From assembly GCA_041497895.1 (NCBI GenBank), contig JBGQHJ010000140.1, forward strand, positions 1-12,593: DNA of 12,593 bases, written 5' to 3'. This document shows, piece by piece, positions 7,604-12,593 of the stretch (positions are counted from its first letter, which is position 1; every line of letters begins with the position of its first letter). The DNA comes from Candidatus Methylomirabilia bacterium (GTDB taxonomy: Bacteria > Methylomirabilota > Methylomirabilia > Rokubacteriales > CSP1-6). The position numbers and the translations under genes are program-made. The notes beneath the pieces were generated by a model, which was not told where the DNA came from, did not search any database, and was given only the letters and a program-made list of their open reading frames with translations.

Positions 7604-8430
7604 TGCGGGGCCGACGGGGCGCGCTGGGCGGGCTCCTGCTCGTTCCGCTGATCGTCCTGGTCTCGGGCGCGGCGCGCCGGGCGGAGGCCGTGACCTTCGA
7701 GAGCCTGACGAACCCGCCCGTCGAGCTGACCGCGCTGCTCTACCGGCCCGATGGGGCGGGGCCGTTCGGCGCGATGGTGCTGCTGCACGGCTGCAGCGGG
7801 ATCATCCGGACCGAGTACGGCTGGGCGACGGAGTTTCAGAAGATGGGCTACGCGGCCCTCATCGTCGACAGCTTTCGCCCGCGGGGCCACGCGGAGATCT
7901 GCACGGACTTCCGTCGCGTCAGCCGGCGCGAGCGCGTGCTGGACGCCTACGGGGCGCTGCGCTGGCTCCGCGCCCAGCCCTTCATCGACGCGCGTCGCAT
8001 CGGGGTGGCCGGGTGGTCGAACGGCGGCTTCACCGTGCTCCAGGTCATGGACCAGGCGCGCGAGCGGCCCGCGGACGGCTTCCGGGCGGCGGTCGCCGTC
8101 TATCCGGACTGCCGCTTCGACAAGACCACGCGCTTCTACGCCCCGCTCCTGATCCTGATCGGGGGGCGCGACGACTGGACGCCGGCCGCCTCCTGCCAGG
8201 AGCTGGCCGCGAGCGGCGAGCCCCGTCCGGCGCCGGTGCTGCTCCACGTCTACCCGGACGCGTACCATAGCTTCGACAATCCGACCGCCGCCCGCCAGTA
8301 TCTCCCCAATGTCGAGAACGCCAACAAGCCGGGCGGCGGGGCCACCATCGGGCATGACCCCGCCGCCCGCGCCGACGCGATCGCGCGGGTCGGGCGCTTC
8401 CTGGCCGAGCACCTCCACCGGGACAGGTAG
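7603..8430 (+). CDS. Secreted dienelactone hydrolase family alpha/beta hydrolase (Ser nucleophile), about 275 aa
   Basis: The start overlaps the amidase stop (GTGATG: GTG7600 or ATG7603). Signal peptide [29 protein letters not shown]. Motifs 'LLHGCSG', nucleophile elbow G-W-S-N-G, 'GGRDDWTP' (Asp) and 'YPDAYHSFD' (His). Confidence 0.9.
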   Translation: MRGRRGALGGLLLVPLIVLVSGAARRAEAVTFESLTNPPVELTALLYRPDGAGPFGAMVLLHGCSGIIRTEYGWATEFQKMGYAALIVDSFRPRGHAEICTDFRRVSRRERVLDAYGALRWLRAQPFIDARRIGVAGWSNGGFTVLQVMDQARERPADGFRAAVAVYPDCRFDKTTRFYAPLLILIGGRDDWTPAASCQELAASGEPRPAPVLLHVYPDAYHSFDNPTAARQYLPNVENANKPGGGATIGHDPAARADAIARVGRFLAEHLHRDR

Positions 8431-8452
8431 AACTTCCACCTCGACAGGAGAA
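8411..8452 (+). repeat. Imperfect ~21-bp tandem duplication across the hydrolase stop and the next gene's RBS
   Basis: acctccaccgggacaggtagaa (8411-8432) aligns with acttccacctcgacagg-agaa (8432-8452) at 18 of 22 positions. Confidence 0.5.
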
Positions 8453-8457
8453 TAGCC

Positions 8458-9282
8458 ATGAGCATCAGTCAGAGCGACAAGGCCACCCGCTTCCGCGCGC
8501 TCCACCAGGCGCCGGGCGCCTTCGTGATTCCCAACCCGTGGGACGGGGGGTCGGCGCGCATCCTCGCCGCGCTCGGCTTCCAGGCCCTCGCGACGTCGAG
8601 CGGCGCCTGCGCCGGCACCCTCGGTCGCCGCGACGGCAAGGTGACGCGCGAGGAGGCGCTCGCGCACGCGCGCGTCATCGTGGCGGCGACGGACCTGCCG
8701 GTCGCCGCGGACCTCGAGAAGGGCTTCGGCGATGCGCCGTCCGTGGCGGCCGAGACCATTCGCCTCGCCGCCTCCGTCGGCCTGGTCGGCGGCTCCATCG
8801 AGGACGCGACCGGGGACAAGCAGAAGCCGCTCTACGACATCGGCCAGGCGGCGGAGCGCGTGGCCGCGGCGGTCGAGGCGGCGCGCGCACTGCCGTTTCC
8901 CTTCACGCTGACCGCGCGGTCGGAGAACTTCCTGCGCGGCAACCCGAGCCTGGACGACACCATCAAGCGGCTGCAGGCCTTCGAGAAGGTGGGGGCCGAT
9001 GTGCTCATGGCGCCCGGCCTGCCCGACCTGGCCGCGGTGCGCGCGGTGTGCGCGGCGGTCTCGAAGCCGGTCAACTTCATGGTCGGCATCAAGGGCAAGT
9101 CGTTCACGGTGGCCGAGCTGACCGCGGCGGGCGTGAAGCGGATCAGCCTCGCGACCTCGCTCTATCGCACGGCCATGAGCGGCCTGATCGATGCGGCCCG
9201 CGAGGTGGGAGACAAGGGCACCTTCGGCTACGTCGACCGCGGCGTCTCCTCGCCCGACCTCGCCGCGTTCATGGAGGGCTGA
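8458..9282 (+). CDS. Isocitrate lyase / phosphoenolpyruvate mutase superfamily protein, 274 aa
   Basis: SD AGGAG at 8446-8450. Motifs 'FRALH', 'PNPWDGGSARIL...GFQALATSS', 'DLPVAADLEKGFG', 'GGSIED', 'LTARSE', 'GADVLMAPG' and 'GVKRIS'. Confidence 0.93.
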   Translation: MSISQSDKATRFRALHQAPGAFVIPNPWDGGSARILAALGFQALATSSGACAGTLGRRDGKVTREEALAHARVIVAATDLPVAADLEKGFGDAPSVAAETIRLAASVGLVGGSIEDATGDKQKPLYDIGQAAERVAAAVEAARALPFPFTLTARSENFLRGNPSLDDTIKRLQAFEKVGADVLMAPGLPDLAAVRAVCAAVSKPVNFMVGIKGKSFTVAELTAAGVKRISLATSLYRTAMSGLIDAAREVGDKGTFGYVDRGVSSPDLAAFMEG

Positions 9283-9284
9283 GT

Positions 9285-10310
9285 CTATCGGCCGATCAGC
9301 GTTTCCAGGCGCCGGAGCTGATCGCCCGTTCCCAGCGCCAGGAGGTGGTCGCCGGCGGCCAGCGCGAGATCGCCGGGCGGGCTCACCACCGGGTTGCCGT
9401 CACGCAGGATCGCGAGCACGGTGGCGCCGGTCGCGCGCCGGATGTCGAGGCTTCCGAGCGTCTTGCCCAGGCTCGGACTATCGGCCGACATGGCGAGGTC
9501 CTCGATGTTGAGCGCGTCGTTGCCCCGCCGCAGCGCGGTCTCGAAGAAGTCCACCACCGCCGGGCTCAGCATCAGGTGGGCCAGGCGGTGGCCGCCGATC
9601 GCGTAGGGGCTCACCGCCCGGTTGGCGCCCGCGCGGGCGAGCTTGGTGACGCCGGCCTCGTCGGCCGCGCGCGCGACGATGTAGAGGTGGGGGCTGAGCA
9701 CGCGCGCCGACAGGACGACGTACATGTTGGTGGCGTCGTTGGCGGTGGTGACGATCAGCCCTCGAGCCCTCACGATCCCGACCCGGCGCAGCACCTCGTC
9801 TTCGGTGGCGTCGCCCAGGAGCGCCAGGTAGCCGTGCTCGGTGGCATGGCGGATGGCCGGCTCGCTCGGATCCACGACCACGAAGGGGGCGCCGGCCGCG
9901 TGGAGCTCGATCGCCGCCTGCCGCCCCACCCGGCCCAATCCCGCCACGACCACGTGTCCGGTGAGCTCTCCGATGCGACGCTCCATTCTGCGCCTCCCCA
10001 TGGGATCGGCCAGGCGGACGCTGACCAGGTACTCCATGACTACGCCGAGCGTGTAGAACAGGCTGCCGATGCCGGTGAAGGCCAGCACGATGGTGAACAG
10101 CCGGCCGGCGGTGGTGAGGGGCTTGATCTCGCCGTAGCCGATGGTGGTGATGGTGGTCACGGTCATGAAGAGGGCGTCCATCCACGTCCCGCCCACGTCG
10201 TGCCACAGCCCGCGGTAGCCGAGCGTCCCGACGACGATGACCGCCAGCACGAGCGACAGGGGCAGGAGCAGCCGTACTCTCAGGGACCGGCCGGCCGGAC
10301 TGTCCGCCAT
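9285..10310 (-). CDS. Two-TM potassium channel with RCK_N (TrkA_N) and RCK_C (TrkA_C) domains, MthK-like, 341 aa
   Basis: Intact selectivity filter TTIGYG between two hydrophobic helices. Rossmann motif 'HVVVAGLGRVG', 'GDATEDEVL', 'KLARAGANRAVSPY', and TrkA_C 'GKTLGSLDIRRATGATVLAILRDG..P...LAAGDHLLALG'. Confidence 0.95.
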   Translation of the reverse strand: MADSPAGRSLRVRLLLPLSLVLAVIVVGTLGYRGLWHDVGGTWMDALFMTVTTITTIGYGEIKPLTTAGRLFTIVLAFTGIGSLFYTLGVVMEYLVSVRLADPMGRRRMERRIGELTGHVVVAGLGRVGRQAAIELHAAGAPFVVVDPSEPAIRHATEHGYLALLGDATEDEVLRRVGIVRARGLIVTTANDATNMYVVLSARVLSPHLYIVARAADEAGVTKLARAGANRAVSPYAIGGHRLAHLMLSPAVVDFFETALRRGNDALNIEDLAMSADSPSLGKTLGSLDIRRATGATVLAILRDGNPVVSPPGDLALAAGDHLLALGTGDQLRRLETLIGR

Positions 10311-10338
10311 CGGCGCTTCGGGGTGAGGGCGGCCGGCC

Positions 10339-10836
10339 CTAATCGGCTCCGAGAGACCGGAGGATCGCGGGCTTCACGAACCAGCGCAGCCGGCCCGCCG
10401 CGGATGGGCCGTGCGGGAGATCGATCAGCGCGGCGCCGCCTTTCTTGAACGCGAGCCGGTCGTCGCCCGGCCGGATGCCGAGGAAGCGCGCGAGCAGCCG
10501 GGACAACGCGGGCTCGTGCCCGACGATCGCGATCGTGGCGTCGCGGGGATGCTTGCGGAGCGCGGTCACGACCACCTCGGCGCTCTCCTGGGCGAGCGCG
10601 GGCTCGATGCGGGGCGCGAGCCGCTTGAAGGCGGCGGCGGTGATCTCCGCGGTGGCCCGCGCGCGGGTCAGCGGGCTCGTGAGGAGCACGTCGGGGTGGT
10701 CGGCGATCCGGGCCAGTCCTCGCGCGGCCACGCGGAACTTCTCACGGCCTCGCCGCGTGAGGGGACGCTCGTGGTCGGGAATACCGGATGTTCCCTTCGG
10801 GACGGCGGCGGCGTGGCGGATGAGCAGCAGCCTCAC
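10339..10836 (-). CDS. sixA: Phosphohistidine phosphatase SixA (histidine phosphatase superfamily), 165 aa
   Basis: 'LLLIRHA' catalytic motif, 'DHERPLTRRG', 'LTSPLTRARATA', 'VGHEP' and 'FKKGG'. GTG start. The size is typical of SixA. Confidence 0.9.
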   Translation of the reverse strand: MRLLLIRHAAAVPKGTSGIPDHERPLTRRGREKFRVAARGLARIADHPDVLLTSPLTRARATAEITAAAFKRLAPRIEPALAQESAEVVVTALRKHPRDATIAIVGHEPALSRLLARFLGIRPGDDRLAFKKGGAALIDLPHGPSAAGRLRWFVKPAILRSLGAD

Positions 10837-10857
10837 GCGCGTCTCGCCCGCGGCTCG

Positions 10858-11721
10858 CTAGGGCGCGGGTATCTCGCTCCACACCTTCCGGCCGCGACGC
10901 TCGAGGCGGGGCCACTCCTCGAAGAAGGCGGTCCGGGCTCGCTTCCGCCGTTTGCGCTGCCCTCGAATGAGGGCTTGCGCGACGGCGTGCCCGGGCTCGG
11001 TGCGGTCCATCGCCTCATGGAGATAGCTCTCGATTATCACGGTGTCCTGATGTTCTCCAAGAATGTCTTGCACGGTCTTGGCCCGGTCGAGGAAGCGCTC
11101 GGCGGGTCGCCCCGCGGTGGCCCGCACGAGCTCCGCGGCGTACCGGGCGCGCTTCACCTTGATGCGGACGGCATGAAGGTCGGCGGCGCTCGGGTGCCCG
11201 GGCAGCGTCTTGACCGCCTTGCGGAGTTTCCGGAACTCGGCGGCGGCGACGCCGAGCAGGGAGACGTCCGGGCTGCCGACGCGGGGACGCCGGAGGGCCA
11301 CCTCGAGGCGTGCGAGCAGCCTCGGATATCGGGGGCCATCGAGCGCGCTGCGCAGAGCGTCCTGGGCATCGGCCCGGCCCGCCTCGAGACGGCGGAGCAG
11401 GCGCCGGCCCACCGAGCGCTTCGAGCCGGCGAGCGCGCCGACGTGGGGCTGCAGGTACGCGCGGAGGACATCGAGATCGCGGACCCGGCCGAGCGCGGTG
11501 CCGAGCCAGTCGAGCTCGAGGCGAAGACGCTCGACCCACGTCGACTCGAAGAGCGGCCGGGCGGCGCGGAGGATGGCCCGGAGCCGGCGGACCGCGACCC
11601 GCATCTTGCGAAGGGCTTCCGGGTCTCTTCCGGACCGGGTGCCCGCTTCGTGGGCCCGGATGGCTTCCACGTGAGCGCTCATCGCCGCGAGGACGTGCTG
11701 GAGACTCGAATTGGTCGACAT
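10858..11721 (-). CDS. Stand-alone CHAD domain protein (polyphosphate-binding, PptA-like), 287 aa
   Basis: 'EALRKMRVAVRRLRAIL', 'LGRVRDLDV', 'DLHAVRIKVKRARYAAE' and 'VQDILGEHQD'. Very Arg-rich and predicted helical. Possible SD AAGGGG upstream of ATG11721. Confidence 0.92.
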   Translation of the reverse strand: MSTNSSLQHVLAAMSAHVEAIRAHEAGTRSGRDPEALRKMRVAVRRLRAILRAARPLFESTWVERLRLELDWLGTALGRVRDLDVLRAYLQPHVGALAGSKRSVGRRLLRRLEAGRADAQDALRSALDGPRYPRLLARLEVALRRPRVGSPDVSLLGVAAAEFRKLRKAVKTLPGHPSAADLHAVRIKVKRARYAAELVRATAGRPAERFLDRAKTVQDILGEHQDTVIIESYLHEAMDRTEPGHAVAQALIRGQRKRRKRARTAFFEEWPRLERRGRKVWSEIPAP

Positions 11722-11762
11722 GCCCGGTCCGCCCCTTGGGTCCGATGAGCCGGGCGGACCCT

Positions 11763-11768
11763 ATCATG
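11763..11768 (-). promoter_or_regulatory. Putative -10 element (CATGAT) for the CHAD-sixA-K+ channel cluster
   Basis: The hexamer conserves A2 and T6. It lies 41 nt upstream of the CHAD start and 10 nt from the proximal Pho-box-like repeat. Confidence 0.35.
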
Positions 11769-11778
11769 GGCGGACGCC

Positions 11779-11817
11779 GGTCGCCACGACGTCGCGGAAA
11801 TGTCATCGAATCGTCAC
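11779..11817. promoter_or_regulatory. Pho-box-like (PhoB/OmpR family) direct-repeat array
   Basis: Plus strand reads GGTCGC-cacga-CGTCGC-ggaaa-TGTCAT-cgaat-CGTCAC, with hexamers starting at 11779, 11790, 11801 and 11812 (exact 11-bp period). The last two match the Pho-box pattern TGTCAT-N5-TGTCAY closely. Confidence 0.6.
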
Positions 11818-11867
11818 GGACCGCCCTCGAGGCCTCGCGGGCGATGCGCGGCCGGGTCCGCTCGTGT

Positions 11868-12593
11868 CTAGCGGGCCGGGAGGAAGCGCGGGGCGAGCGC
11901 GCGGAGCTCGCCCGAGTCCACGTCCGACACGAGCGCGTAGCCGAGCTCACCGGCGCGCCAGAGGGCGACGTGGAAGCCGCGCACCGTCCGGATCTCGGGG
12001 GCGTCGGCGTGGGCCGTGATGCCGGCGAGGCCGGCCAGCCCGTCCGCCCGGAACACGAGGAGCGAGACCGTGTGGAGGCGCCGCGCGTAGACGAGCACCG
12101 CCGCCTGTCGGTCGAGGAAGCGCTCGACGGTCCCCCCGCGGAGCGGGAAGTCGGCGTCGCCCGGGAAGGACACCGCCGGCGCGAAGTCCACCTTGCCCGC
12201 GAACCAGGGCCGGACCTGATGGATGGCGCCGCTCTCGACGTCGAGCGGCCGCGCCCGCTCGAGGACGCGCAGGTGATCGTTGACCGCCTCGCTCGCCAGC
12301 AGCGCCAGCGGGTCCGCCCGACCTGACGACCGCGGGGAGACGCCCGCGGCGATCAGGCCCAGGACGAGCAGCGCCGTCGCGAGGCCGGGGATCAGGAGCC
12401 GGCGGAGCGATACGACCCGGCGCCGCGGAGCGGACCCGCCCGGCCATTGGGCGGCCAGCCGCCGCTTGAGGGCGATCGGCGCCGGGTGCTGAGGGAGCCG
12501 CTGCTCGAGCGCGCGCGAGAGGGCGAGAGAGGCGGCGGCTTCGTCCGCGCAGGCCGGGCAGGACTGGAGGTGCCCCTCGAGGTCGGCCTGCAC
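11868..12593 (-). CDS. Transmembrane zinc-binding anti-sigma factor (zf-HC2, RsiW/PrtR-like), 5'-truncated by the window edge
   Basis: ZAS motif HLQSCPAC (HxxxCxxC), one TM segment 'LLIPGLATALLVLGLIAAGV', and a periplasmic domain with 'HQVRPWFAGKVDFAP', 'FPLRGG', 'LVYARRLHTVSL' and 'YALVSD'. The frame runs off the end of the window. Confidence 0.9.
   Translation of the reverse strand: MQADLEGHLQSCPACADEAAASLALSRALEQRLPQHPAPIALKRRLAAQWPGGSAPRRRVVSLRRLLIPGLATALLVLGLIAAGVSPRSSGRADPLALLASEAVNDHLRVLERARPLDVESGAIHQVRPWFAGKVDFAPAVSFPGDADFPLRGGTVERFLDRQAAVLVYARRLHTVSLLVFRADGLAGLAGITAHADAPEIRTVRGFHVALWRAGELGYALVSDVDSGELRALAPRFLPAR

Noticed and set aside
7231..8667. 478-aa antisense ORF
   Set aside because: Overlaps three well-supported plus-strand genes and has no motifs.
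9280..9287. Convergent stop codons 2 bp apart without a terminator
   Set aside because: Common in compact GC-rich genomes and no specific structure is seen.
8538..10448. 636-aa plus-strand ORF crossing the convergent junction
   Set aside because: Alternative frame of the ICL/PEPM gene continuing antisense to the K+ channel. Low-complexity translation expected at this GC content.
10411..12326. Plus-strand ORFs 10411..11748 and 11310..12326
   Set aside because: Antisense to sixA, CHAD and the anti-sigma gene, which carry the real motifs.
1..12593. Mobile elements, CRISPR arrays, tRNA/rRNA, compositional islands
   Set aside because: No transposase or integrase, no regular repeat-spacer pattern and no RNA gene signatures. 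Composition and codon style look uniform by eye.

Overview
High-GC bacterial chromosomal segment (about 70% GC by eye), densely coding, with no rRNA, tRNA, CRISPR array or mobile element. From left to right: (1) the 3' part of a large STAND-type AAA-ATPase/winged-helix/TPR protein with an extra ~77-aa Arg-rich 'DRR..ERR' C-terminal module; (2) a small divergent cold-shock-domain-like ORF on the minus strand; (3) a tightly coupled plus-strand operon of a family-5 ABC solute-binding protein, two Dpp/Opp-type permeases (no ATPase genes), an amidase-signature enzyme, a secreted dienelactone-hydrolase-family serine hydrolase and an isocitrate lyase/PEP mutase family enzyme; (4) a convergent minus-strand cluster of a CHAD (polyphosphate-binding) protein, a SixA phosphohistidine phosphatase and an MthK-like RCK-gated K+ channel, preceded by four Pho-box-like repeats at exact 11-bp spacing; (5) a 5'-truncated zinc-finger anti-sigma factor. 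The gene repertoire resembles Ca. Rokubacteria (Methylomirabilota), but this is my recollection and was not tested. The strongest candidate for an undescribed system is a possibly phosphate-regulated CHAD-SixA-K+ channel module. Secondary candidates are the DRR/ERR module on the STAND protein and the missing canonical start codon of the first permease.
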